Of a stretch of 25,384 nucleotides of DNA, positions 1 through 11,384 are shown one piece after another. This stretch comes from a virus (Duplodnaviria > Heunggongvirae > Uroviricota > Caudoviricetes). The number at the start of each line of letters is the position of its first letter. Position 1 is the first letter of the stretch. The notes under the pieces are model-generated. The model was not told the origin of the DNA. It searched no databases and saw only the letters and a list, made by a program, of their open reading frames with translations. The stretch lies in the IMG/VR virus record IMGVR_UViG_2585427773_000007; one strand, given 5' to 3'. Made by a program: the position numbers and the translations under genes.

Positions 1-1572
1 TTACTGAGAGCTCAGATCAACTTTCCAGGGCAACAGATCGCGTACCCGGTTTGCCGGCCAGTCCTGGATATGTTCAATGACGTAACGCAGCCACTTTTCT
101 GGCTCCACATTGTTCAGACGGCATGTGCCGATCAGCGAGTACAACACCGCCGCATGTTCACCACCGCTGTCGGAACCCGCGAACATCCAGTTTTTCCGGC
201 CTACGGCCACTCCCCGTAAGGCGTTCTCTGCGATGTTGTTGTCGATTTCCACCCAGCCATTACTGCAGTACACGTTCAGTGCATCCCACTGTTTCAGCAG
301 GTATGCGAACGCTTTTGCCGTATCTGAGTGACGCGACAGTGTTTTCATCTGTTGCTGTATCCAGTCATACAGTGACTGCATCAGTGGCGCGGCTCTGGCT
401 TTTCTTGCCGCCAGACGCTGTTCTGCTGAACAGCCCCGGACCTCTGCCTCGATGGCATACAGTTCACCGATACGCTGCAGGGCTTCCGTGGTGATGTAGG
501 TGGGCGCTCTTGCATGCACATCGTGGATTTTTCTCCGGGCATGAGCCATACACGCGACTTCCGTTATTCTGCCGGATTCGTATAACGCCCGGTAACCACC
601 GTAAGCATCGGCCTGAAGCACACCGCTGTAACCGGCCAGGTGATTTTGTGGATGGATACCTTTCCGGTCCGGACTGTACGCGAACCAGACCGCCGGGGGC
701 ATCTGTGAACCGGCGTTACGGTCATCACGGACGTAGACCCACAGCCGGGCTGTCCGGGTTTTACCGCTGCCCGGCTCCTGGACCGGGACGGGGATATCAT
801 CAGCATGGACTTTACCGGGCATCAGCACATACTGGCGCAGGACGTCATACAGCGGCTCCAGCAGTTCAGCAACAGCACCTGTCCAGCGCCCCAGTGTGGC
901 ACGGCTCAGCTCCACTCCCTGACGACGGTATATTTCTGACTGGCGGTATAACGGCAGATGGTCTGCATATTTCCCGGTGACAACATGGGCCAGAAGCCCC
1001 GCTCCGGCATAACTGCGTGCAATGGGTTTTGAAGGTACTGGTGCCTGCACGATATGGTCGCACCGGCAACAGGCCTGTTTCGGACGTTGTGTTTCGATAA
1101 CCTTAAAGGCGCTGCTGATAAGCTCCAGTTGCTCTGACACATCACATCCCAGAGAACTGAGTTCACCACCACAGGCAGGACAGCATTCCTCTTCCGGCCG
1201 GATAACCCGGGTTTCACGGGGAAGTGAGGCCGGTAACGGTTTACGGGCTGAAGACTGGCGCAGGGCGGATGGCAGTACCGGGTCATATTGCTCACCCAGC
1301 GTTTCCGCCATTTCTTCCTGAAGTGCGCTGATTCGCTCCTGTGCTTCCTGTATCTGCCGTTCGGTTTTTGCACGAAGTTTTTCTGAGCTTTTACCGAACT
1401 GCATACGTTGCAGTTTCGCAACCAGCGCCTTCAGCCGGTTGATTTCGGAAGCATAAGCCGCCACCCGCTGTGAGAGCAGGCGGTTGTATTCAGCCATCTG
1501 GCGGATGGTGTCCTGTTGCGTCTGCAACAGTGCCCGCAGGCGGGCGTTCTCATGAGCAAGTGAGGTGTCCAT
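1..1572 (-). CDS. tnpC: IS66-family transposase (TnpC/Orf3), 523 aa
   Basis: N-terminal coiled-coil/leucine-zipper-like region (LRALLQ...LKALVAKL), paired Cys motifs CCPACGG and CCRCDH (zinc ribbon), and a long C-terminal catalytic region typical of IS66 transposases. Confidence 0.9.
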   Translation of the reverse strand: MDTSLAHENARLRALLQTQQDTIRQMAEYNRLLSQRVAAYASEINRLKALVAKLQRMQFGKSSEKLRAKTERQIQEAQERISALQEEMAETLGEQYDPVLPSALRQSSARKPLPASLPRETRVIRPEEECCPACGGELSSLGCDVSEQLELISSAFKVIETQRPKQACCRCDHIVQAPVPSKPIARSYAGAGLLAHVVTGKYADHLPLYRQSEIYRRQGVELSRATLGRWTGAVAELLEPLYDVLRQYVLMPGKVHADDIPVPVQEPGSGKTRTARLWVYVRDDRNAGSQMPPAVWFAYSPDRKGIHPQNHLAGYSGVLQADAYGGYRALYESGRITEVACMAHARRKIHDVHARAPTYITTEALQRIGELYAIEAEVRGCSAEQRLAARKARAAPLMQSLYDWIQQQMKTLSRHSDTAKAFAYLLKQWDALNVYCSNGWVEIDNNIAENALRGVAVGRKNWMFAGSDSGGEHAAVLYSLIGTCRLNNVEPEKWLRYVIEHIQDWPANRVRDLLPWKVDLSSQ

Positions 1573-1591
1573 ATCCTCACTTTACAACGGG

Positions 1592-1939
1592 TTATATGCG
1601 GATTCCAGCGCGTTCCGTTCGTTTCGGGTGCTTCCAGTTGATACCTTCAAGAAGCATGGATAACTGAGCCGGAGTAAGGTGCACCTTGCCGTCACGGGTG
1701 ACTGGCCAGACGAAGCGGCCCCGCTCCAGGCGTTTGGTGAAGAGGCACAGTCCGTCACTGTCAGCCCACAACACTTTTATCTGGTCACCCCGGCGTCCGC
1801 GGAAGATGAACAGGTGTCCGGAGAACGGGTCATCCTTCAGGACGTTCTGAACTTTTGATGCCAGGCCGTTAAAGCCATTTCGCATATCGGTGATACCTGC
1901 AACCAGCCAGATACGCGAACCTGCAGGGAGAGATATCAT
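1592..1939 (-). CDS. tnpB: IS66-family accessory protein TnpB (Orf2), 115 aa
   Basis: Size and sequence (ITDMRNGFNGLA...) typical of IS66 Orf2, sitting between tnpA and tnpC. Confidence 0.88.
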   Translation of the reverse strand: MISLPAGSRIWLVAGITDMRNGFNGLASKVQNVLKDDPFSGHLFIFRGRRGDQIKVLWADSDGLCLFTKRLERGRFVWPVTRDGKVHLTPAQLSMLLEGINWKHPKRTERAGIRI

Positions 1940-2616
1940 CAGTGGCTGCTCCCTTTTATTTCGCGGATAAGTGTCTGTAATAACGCCGGCGTCAGTTTAC
2001 CTTTAAGCCTGAGAGTTCCGGCCGGCAGAACCAGCTCACAACACAGACTGTCGGACGGTGTATTTATCTGCTCTGGTTCCTGTGCGGGGGCCGGGATTTT
2101 ATTATCCGGCTCCGGCGTTAACGTCACGGGAAGCAGTGCCGGCATATTTTTTCCGGAAGGCAGCAGGCCACCTTTCCGGTATTGATGGCGCCAGTTGAAG
2201 AGCAGGTTATCGTTGATTCCGTTTTCCCGGGCGATCTGCGCCACACAGGCTCCGGGCTGCAGTGACTGCTCCACTAAGGCGATTTTAAACTCATAAGGGA
2301 AGTTGGGCCGCCGGGGACGTTTTTTTACCACGGGGGCTTCGGATATAACGGTGCTTTCAGGACGTACGACTGGTACCGTGGAAAATTGTCCGTAAAGGCA
2401 GGCATCAAGTTCCTGCTCCGACATGCCTGCGGGCAAAGGCCACGAAAGGCCAGCTCTCCGAAAGCGCACGAACATACTACAAACTGTTGATTTTGGTACA
2501 CCCAGGCGACGCCCGGCCACAACCCGGGGTAAATGTTCTTCAAAGTGAAGACGTAAAGCTTCAGTGATCCAGGTCCGGTGTTTCATACGATAGTGTCCAT
2601 TAAAAATGATGGACAT
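1939..2616 (-). CDS. tnpA: IS66-family TnpA-like protein (Orf1) with helix-turn-helix; 225-aa ORF, true start may be internal
   Basis: HTH-like segment (PGACVAQIARENGINDNLLFNWRHQYRKG) resembling IS3/IS66 OrfA DNA-binding domains. The ORF is longer than a typical IS66 Orf1, so the start codon is uncertain. Confidence 0.7.
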   Translation of the reverse strand: MSIIFNGHYRMKHRTWITEALRLHFEEHLPRVVAGRRLGVPKSTVCSMFVRFRRAGLSWPLPAGMSEQELDACLYGQFSTVPVVRPESTVISEAPVVKKRPRRPNFPYEFKIALVEQSLQPGACVAQIARENGINDNLLFNWRHQYRKGGLLPSGKNMPALLPVTLTPEPDNKIPAPAQEPEQINTPSDSLCCELVLPAGTLRLKGKLTPALLQTLIREIKGSSH

Positions 2617-2649
2617 TATTTTTGTAGAGCCGGAGGAAACAGACCAGAC

Positions 2650-5255
<2,606 letters not shown>

Positions 5256-5275
<20 letters not shown>

Positions 5276-6575
5276 TCTCCCGCATATTGCCAGCATGGCC
5301 TTTAATGAGCCGCTGATGCTTGAACCCGCCTATGCGCGGGTTTTCTTTTGTGCGCTAGCAGGCCAGCTTGGGATCAGCCGCCTGACAGATGCGGTGTCCG
5401 GTGACAGCCTGACTGCCCCGGAGACACCCGCGACGCTGGCGTTATCCGGTGATGATGACGGACCACGACAGGCCCGCAGTTATCAGGTCATGAACGGCAT
5501 CGCCGTGCTGCCGGTTTCCGGCACGCTGGTCAACCGGACGCGGGCGCTGCAGCCGCATTCGGGGATGACCGGTTACAACGGCATTATCGCCCGTCTGCAA
5601 CAGGCTGCCAGCGATCCGATGGTGGACGGCATTCTGCTCGATATGGACACGCCCGGCGGGATGGTGGCGGGGGCATTTGACTGCGCTGACATCATCGCCC
5701 GTGTGCGTGACATAAAACCGGTATGGGCGCTGGCCAACGACATGAACTGCAGTGCAGGTCAGCTGCTTGCCAGTGCCGCCTCCCGGCGTCTGGTCACGCA
5801 GACCGCCCGGACAGGCTCCATCGGCGTCATGATGGCTCACAGTAATTACGGCGCTGCGCTGGAGAAACAGGGCGTGGAAATCACGCTGATTTACAGCGGC
5901 AGCCATAAGGTGGATGGCAACCCCTACAGCCATCTACCGGATGATGTCCGGGAAACACTGCAGTCCCGGATGGATGCAACTCGCCGGATGTTTGCACAGA
6001 AGGTATCGGCATATACCGGCCTGTCCGTGCAGGCTGTGCTGGATACCGAGGCTGCAGTGTACAGCGGTCAGGAGGCCATTGATGCCGGACTGGCTGATGA
6101 ACTTGTTAACAGTACCGATGCGATCACCGTCATGCGTGATGCACTGGATACACGTAAATCCCGTCTCTCAGGAGGGCGAATGACCAAAGAGACTCAATCA
6201 ACAACTGTTTCAGCCACTGCTTCGCAGGCTGACGTTACTGGCGTGGTGCAAGCGACGGAGGGCAAAAACGCCAGCGCGGCGCAGCCGGATGTGAACGCGC
6301 AGATCACCGCAGCGGTTGCGGCAGAAAACAGCCGCATTATGGGGATCCTCAACTGTGAGGAGGCTCACGGACGCGAAGAACAGGCACGCGTGCTGGCCGA
6401 AACCCCCGGTATGACCGTGGAAACGGCCCGCCGCATTCTGGCAGCTGCACCACAGAGTGCACAGGCGCGCAGTGACACTGCGCTGGATCGTCTGATGCAG
6501 GGGGCACCGGCACCGCTGGCTGCAGGTAACCCGGCATCTGATGCCGTTAACGATTTGCTGAACACACCAGTGTAA
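5256..6575 (+). CDS. C: Head maturation protease / ClpP-like gpC, 439 aa from a GTG start
   Basis: GTG at 5256 preceded by AGGAGG (5244-5249) gives MTAELRNLPHIASMAF..., the lambda C N-terminus. The longer 5142 ORF start is upstream read-through overlapping B. Confidence 0.88.
5970..6575 (+). CDS. nu3: Scaffolding protein Nu3, translated in-frame from an internal start within C
   Basis: In-frame ATG at 5970 (MDATRRMFAQKVSAYTGL...) corresponds to the lambda Nu3 start; this nested-gene arrangement is established for lambda. Confidence 0.7.
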   Translation: MDATRRMFAQKVSAYTGLSVQAVLDTEAAVYSGQEAIDAGLADELVNSTDAITVMRDALDTRKSRLSGGRMTKETQSTTVSATASQADVTGVVQATEGKNASAAQPDVNAQITAAVAAENSRIMGILNCEEAHGREEQARVLAETPGMTVETARRILAAAPQSAQARSDTALDRLMQGAPAPLAAGNPASDAVNDLLNTPV

Positions 6576-6584
6576 GGGATGTTT

Positions 6585-6917
6585 ATGACGAGCAAAGAAA
6601 CCTTTACCCATTACCAGCCGCTGGGCAACAGTGACCCGGCACATACGGCAACCGCGCCCGGCGGATTGAGTGCGAAAGCGCCTGCAATGACCCCGCTGAT
6701 GCTGGACACCTCCACCCGTAAGCTGGTTGTGTGGGATGGCACCACCGACGGTGCTGCCGTTGGCATTCTGGCGGTTGCTGCTGACCAGACCAGCACCACG
6801 CTGACGTTCTACAAGTCCGGCACGTTCCGTTATGAGGATGTGCTCTGGCCGGAGGCTGCCAGCGACGAGACGAAAAAACGGACCGCGTTTGCCGGAACGG
6901 CAATCAGCATCGTTTAA
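6585..6917 (+). CDS. D: Head decoration protein gpD, 110 aa
   Basis: [27 protein letters not shown]... matches lambda D; the start is taken at the second ATG of the ORF. Confidence 0.9.
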   Translation: MTSKETFTHYQPLGNSDPAHTATAPGGLSAKAPAMTPLMLDTSTRKLVVWDGTTDGAAVGILAVAADQTSTTLTFYKSGTFRYEDVLWPEAASDETKKRTAFAGTAISIV

Positions 6918-6934
6918 CCTTATCCTTCATCACT

Positions 6935-6959
6935 AAAGGCCGCCTGTGCGGCTTTTTTT
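6935..6959 (+). terminator. GC-rich hairpin followed by a T-run between D and E (intrinsic-terminator-like attenuator)
   Basis: AAAGGCCGC-CTGT-GCGGC followed by TTTTTTT, read directly from the sequence. Confidence 0.5.
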
Positions 6960-6972
6960 ACGGGATTTTTTT

Positions 6973-7998
6973 ATGTCGATGTACACAACCGCCCAGCTGC
7001 TGGCGGCAAATGAGAAGAAATTTAAGTTTGATCCGCTGTTTCTGCGTCTCTTTTTCCGTGAGAGCTATCCCTTCACCACGGAGAAAGTCTATCTCTCACA
7101 AATTCCGGGACTGGTAAACATGGCGCTGTACGTTTCGCCGATTGTTTCCGGTGAGGTTATCCGCTCCCGTGGCGGCTCCACCTCTGAATTTACACCGGGA
7201 TATGTCAAGCCGAAGCATGAGGTGAATCCGCAGATGACCCTGCGTCGCCTGCCGGATGAAGATCCACAGAATCTGGCGGACCCGGCTTACCGCCGCCGTC
7301 GCATCATCCTGCAGAACATGCGAGACGAAGAGCTGGCCATTGCTCAGGTCGAAGAGATGCAGGCCGTTTCTGCCGTGCTTAAGGGCAAATATACCATGAC
7401 CGGTGAAGCCTTCGATCCGGTTGAAGTGGATATGGGCCGCAGTGTGGCGAACAACATCACGCAGTCCGGCGGTACGGAGTGGAGCAAGCGTGACAAGTCC
7501 ACGTATGACCCGACCGACGATATCGAAGCCTACGCGCTGAACGCCAGCGGTGTGGTGAATATCATCGTGTTTGATCCGAAAGGCTGGGCGCTGTTCCGTT
7601 CCTTCAAAGCCGTCAAGGAGAAGCTGGATACCCGTCGCGGCTCTAATTCCGAGCTGGAGACAGCGGTAAAAGACCTGGGCGAAGCGGTGTCCTATAAGGG
7701 GATGTATGGCGATACGGCGATCGTCGTGTATTCCGGACAGTACGTGGAAAACGACGTCAAAAAGAACTTCCTGCCGGACAACACGATGGTGCTGGGGAAC
7801 ACTCAGGCACGCGGTCTGCGCACCTATGGCTGCATTCAGGATGCGGACGCACAGCGCGAAGGTATTAACGCCTCTGCCCGCTACCCGAAAAACTGGGTGA
7901 CCACCGGCGATCCGGCGCGTGAGTTCACCATGATTCAGTCAGCACCGCTGATGCTGCTGGCTGACCCTGATGCGTTCGTGTCCGTACAACTGGCGTAA
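6973..7998 (+). CDS. E: Major capsid protein gpE, 341 aa
   Basis: MSMYTTAQLLAANEKKFKFDPLFLRLFF... matches lambda E; start at the internal ATG of the 350-aa ORF. Confidence 0.93.
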   Translation: MSMYTTAQLLAANEKKFKFDPLFLRLFFRESYPFTTEKVYLSQIPGLVNMALYVSPIVSGEVIRSRGGSTSEFTPGYVKPKHEVNPQMTLRRLPDEDPQNLADPAYRRRRIILQNMRDEELAIAQVEEMQAVSAVLKGKYTMTGEAFDPVEVDMGRSVANNITQSGGTEWSKRDKSTYDPTDDIEAYALNASGVVNIIVFDPKGWALFRSFKAVKEKLDTRRGSNSELETAVKDLGEAVSYKGMYGDTAIVVYSGQYVENDVKKNFLPDNTMVLGNTQARGLRTYGCIQDADAQREGINASARYPKNWVTTGDPAREFTMIQSAPLMLLADPDAFVSVQLA

Positions 7999-8000
7999 TC

Positions 8001-8025
8001 ATGGCCCTTCGGGGCCATTTTCTCT
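8001..8025 (+). terminator. Hairpin with a UUCG tetraloop and U-rich tail immediately after the E stop
   Basis: ATGGCCC-TTCG-GGGCCAT followed by TTTCTCTCT, read directly from the sequence. Confidence 0.4.
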
Positions 8026-8039
8026 CTGTGGAGGAGTCC

Positions 8040-8435
8040 ATGACGAAAGATGAACTGATTGCCCGTCTTCAGGTGCTGGGTGAGCAACTGAACCGTGATG
8101 TCAGCCTGACGGGGACGAAAGAAGAACTGGTGCTCCGTGTGGCAGAGCTGGAAGAGGAGCTTGATGACACGGATGACGCTGCTGGTCAGGACACATCTGT
8201 CAGCCCGGAAAATGCGCTGACCGGACATGAAAATGAGGTGGTATCAGCGCAGCCGGATACCGTGATTGATACGGCTGCTCTGGTCACGGTCGTGGCACTG
8301 GTGACGCTGCATACTGATGCACTTCACGCCACGCGGGATGAGCCTGTGGCATTTGTGCTGCCGGGAACGGCGTTTCGTGTCTCTGCCGGTGTGGCAGCCG
8401 AAATGACAGAACATGGCCTGGCCAGAATGCAATAA
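8040..8435 (+). CDS. FI: DNA-packaging/head assembly protein gpFI, 131 aa
   Basis: MTKDELIARLQVLGEQLNRDVSLTGTKEEL... matches lambda FI; GGAGG RBS at 8029-8033. Confidence 0.88.
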   Translation: MTKDELIARLQVLGEQLNRDVSLTGTKEELVLRVAELEEELDDTDDAAGQDTSVSPENALTGHENEVVSAQPDTVIDTAALVTVVALVTLHTDALHATRDEPVAFVLPGTAFRVSAGVAAEMTEHGLARMQ

Positions 8436-8446
8436 CGGGAGGCGCT

Positions 8447-8800
8447 GTGGCTGATTCCGATAACCTGTTCGATGCTGCCATTGCCCGCGCCGATGAAACG
8501 ATACGCGGGTACATGGGAACGTCAGCCACCATGACATCCGGTGAGCTGTCCGGTGCTGTGATACGTGGTGTTTTTGATGACCCTGAAAATATCAGCTATG
8601 CCGGACAGGGGGTGCGCGTTGAAGGCTCCAGCCCGTCCCTGTTTGTCCGGACTGATGATGTGCGGCAGCTGCGGCGTGGAGACACACTGACCATCGGCGA
8701 GGAAAACTTCTGGGTGGACCGGATTTCGCCGGATGATGGCGGAAGCTGTCATCTCTGGCTTGGGCGTGGCGTGCCGCCTGCCGTTAACCGTCGCCGCTGA
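8447..8800 (+). CDS. FII: Head-tail connector protein gpFII, 117 aa
   Basis: Length and sequence match lambda FII. Confidence 0.9.
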   Translation: MADSDNLFDAAIARADETIRGYMGTSATMTSGELSGAVIRGVFDDPENISYAGQGVRVEGSSPSLFVRTDDVRQLRRGDTLTIGEENFWVDRISPDDGGSCHLWLGRGVPPAVNRRR

Positions 8801-8811
8801 AAGGGGGATGT

Positions 8812-9390
8812 ATGGCCATAAAAGGTCTTGAGCAGGCCATTGAAAACCTCAGCCGTATCAGCAAAACGGCGGTGCCTGGTGCCGCCGCAATGGCCATTAA
8901 CCGCGTTGCTTCATCCGCGATATCGCAGTCGGCGTCACAGGTTGCCCGTGAGACAAAGGTACGCCGGAAACTGGTAAAGGAAAGGGCCAGGCTGAAAAGG
9001 GCCACGGTCAAAAATCCGCAGGCCAGAATCAAAGTTAACCGGGGGGATTTGCCCGTAATCAAGCTGGGTAATGCGCGGGTTGTCCTTTCGCGCCGCAGGC
9101 GTCGTAAAAAGGGGCAGCGTTCATCCCTGAAAGGTGGCGGCAGCGTGCTTGTGGTGGGTAACCGTCGTATTCCCGGCGCGTTTATTCAGCAACTGAAAAA
9201 TGGCCGGTGGCATGTCATGCAGCGTGTGGCCGGGAAAAACCGTTACCCCATTGATGTGGTGAAAATCCCGATGGCGGTGCCGCTGACCACGGCGTTTAAA
9301 CAAAATATTGAACGGATACGGCGTGAACGTCTTCCGAAAGAGCTGGGCTATGCGCTGCAGCATCAACTGAGAATGGTAATAAAGCGATGA
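8812..9390 (+). CDS. Z: Tail assembly/completion protein gpZ, 192 aa
   Basis: Length, position and sequence match lambda Z. Confidence 0.9.
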   Translation: MAIKGLEQAIENLSRISKTAVPGAAAMAINRVASSAISQSASQVARETKVRRKLVKERARLKRATVKNPQARIKVNRGDLPVIKLGNARVVLSRRRRRKKGQRSSLKGGGSVLVVGNRRIPGAFIQQLKNGRWHVMQRVAGKNRYPIDVVKIPMAVPLTTAFKQNIERIRRERLPKELGYALQHQLRMVIKR

Positions 9391-9782
9391 AACATACTGA
9401 ACTCCGTGCAGCCGTACTGGATGCACTGGAGAAGCATGACACCGGGGCGACGCTTTTTGATGGTCGCCCCGCTGTTTTTGATGAGGCGGATTTTCCGGCA
9501 ATTGCCGTTTATCTCACCGGCGCTGAATACACGGGCGAAGAGCTGGACAGTGATACCTGGCAGGCGGAGCTGCATATCGAAGTTTTCCTGCCTGCTCAGG
9601 TGCCGGATTCAGAGCTGGATGCGTGGATGGAGTCCCGGATTTATCCGGTGATGAGCGATGTCCCGGCACTGTCAGATTTGATCACCAGTATGGTGGCCAG
9701 CGGCTATGACTACCGGCGCGACGATGATGCGGGCCTGTGGAGTTCAGCCGATCTGACTTATGTCATTACCTATGAAATGTGA
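9387..9782 (+). CDS. U: Tail tube terminator protein gpU, 131 aa
   Basis: Length and sequence match lambda U; start overlaps the Z stop (ATGA). Confidence 0.9.
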   Translation: MKHTELRAAVLDALEKHDTGATLFDGRPAVFDEADFPAIAVYLTGAEYTGEELDSDTWQAELHIEVFLPAQVPDSELDAWMESRIYPVMSDVPALSDLITSMVASGYDYRRDDDAGLWSSADLTYVITYEM

Positions 9783-9789
9783 GGACGAT

Positions 9790-10530
9790 ATGCCTGTACC
9801 AAATCCAGTAATGCCGGTGAAAGGGGCCGGGACCACACTGTGGGTTTATAAGGGGAGCGGTGACCCTTATGCGAATCCGCTTTCAGACGTTGACTGGTCG
9901 CGTCTGGCAAAAGTTAAAGACCTGACGCCCGGCGAACTGACCGCTGAGTCCTATGACGACAGCTATCTCGATGATGAAGATGCAGACTGGACTGCGACCG
10001 GGCAGGGGCAGAAATCTGCCGGAGATACCAGCTTCACGCTGGCGTGGATACCCGGAGAGCAGGGGCAGCAGGCGCTGCTGGCGTGGTTTAATGAAGGGGA
10101 TACCCGTGCCTATAAAATCCGCTTCCCGAACGGCACGGTCGATGTGTTCCGCGGCTGGGTCAGCAGTATCGGTAAGGCGGTGACGGCGAAGGAAGTGATC
10201 ACCCGCACGGTGAAAGTCACCAATGTGGGACGTCCGTCGATGGCAGAAGATCGCAGCACGGTAACAGCGGCAACCGGCATGACCGTGACGCCTGCCAGCA
10301 CCTCGGTGGTGAAAGGGCAGAGCACCACGCTGACCGTGGCCTTCCAGCCGGAGGGCGTAACCGACAAGAGCTTTCGTGCGGTGTCTGCGGATAAAACAAA
10401 AGCCACCGTGTCGGTCAGTGGTATGACCATCACCGTGAAAGGTGTTGCTGCAGGCAAGGTCAACATTCCGGTTGTATCCGGTAATGGTGAGTTTGCTGCG
10501 GTTGCAGAAATCACCGTCACCGCCAGTTAA
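9790..10530 (+). CDS. V: Major tail tube protein gpV, 246 aa, with a C-terminal Ig-like (Big_2-type) domain
   Basis: [30 protein letters not shown]... matches lambda V; C-terminal beta-rich TVT.../[19 protein letters not shown] segment typical of Big_2. Confidence 0.9.
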   Translation: MPVPNPVMPVKGAGTTLWVYKGSGDPYANPLSDVDWSRLAKVKDLTPGELTAESYDDSYLDDEDADWTATGQGQKSAGDTSFTLAWIPGEQGQQALLAWFNEGDTRAYKIRFPNGTVDVFRGWVSSIGKAVTAKEVITRTVKVTNVGRPSMAEDRSTVTAATGMTVTPASTSVVKGQSTTLTVAFQPEGVTDKSFRAVSADKTKATVSVSGMTITVKGVAAGKVNIPVVSGNGEFAAVAEITVTAS

Positions 10531-10545
10531 TCCGGAGAGTCAGCG

Positions 10546-10968
10546 ATGTTCCTGAAAACCGAATCATTTGAATATAACGGTGTGAGCGTCACGCTTTCTG
10601 AACTGTCAGCCCTGCAGCGAATTGAGCATCTCGCCCTGCTGAAACGGCAGGCAGAACAGGCGGAGTCAGACAGCAACCGGAAGTTTACTGTGGAAGACGC
10701 CATCAGAACCGGCGCGTTTCTGGTGGCGATGTCCCTGTGGCATAACCATCCGCAGAAGACGCAGATGCCGTCCATGAATGAAGCCGTTAAACAGATTGAG
10801 CAGGAAGTGCTTACCACCTGGCCTACAGAGGCAATTTCTCATGCTGAAAACGTGGTGTACCGGCTGTCCGGTATGTATGAGTTTGTGGTGAATGATGCCC
10901 CTGAACAGGCAGAGGACGCCGGGCCTGCAGAGCCTGTTTCTGCGGGAAAGTGTTCGACGGTGAGCTGA
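10546..10968 (+). CDS. G: Tail assembly chaperone gpG, 140 aa
   Basis: MFLKTESFEYNGVSVTLSELSALQRIEHL... matches lambda G. Confidence 0.9.
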   Translation: MFLKTESFEYNGVSVTLSELSALQRIEHLALLKRQAEQAESDSNRKFTVEDAIRTGAFLVAMSLWHNHPQKTQMPSMNEAVKQIEQEVLTTWPTEAISHAENVVYRLSGMYEFVVNDAPEQAEDAGPAEPVSAGKCSTVS

Positions 10969-11384
10969 GTTTTGCCCTGAAACTGGCGCGCGAGATGGGG
11001 CGACCCGACTGGCGTGCCATGCTTGCCGGGATGTCATCCACGGAGTATGCCGACTGGCACCGCTTTTACAGTACCCATTATTTTCATGATGTTCTGCTGG
11101 ATATGCACTTTTCCGGGCTGACGTACACCGTGCTCAGCCTGTTTTTCAGCGATCCGGATATGCATCCGCTGGATTTCAGTTTGCTGAACCGGCGTGAGGC
11201 TGACGAAGAGCCTGAAGATGATGTGCTGATGCAGAAAGCGGCAGGGCTTGCCGGAGGCGTCCGCTTTGGCCCGGACGGGAATGAAGTTATCCCCGCTTCC
11301 CCGGATGTGGCGGACATGACGGAGGATGACGTAATGCTGATGACAGTATCAGAAGGGATCGCAGGAGGAGTCCGGTATGGCTGA
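10546..11384 (+). CDS. GT: Tail assembly chaperone gpGT, the -1 frameshift fusion product (G frame to 10950, then T frame from 10950)
   Basis: The T-frame ORF (10950-11384) has no plausible independent start or RBS and begins exactly at the slippery site, as in lambda. Confidence 0.78.
10944..10950 (+). other. Programmed -1 ribosomal frameshift slippery heptamer G_GGA_AAG that generates the G-T fusion
   Basis: GGGAAAG is in the zero frame of G as G GGA AAG, 6 codons before the G stop; the -1 frame continues open as the T ORF to 11384. Confidence 0.8.
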
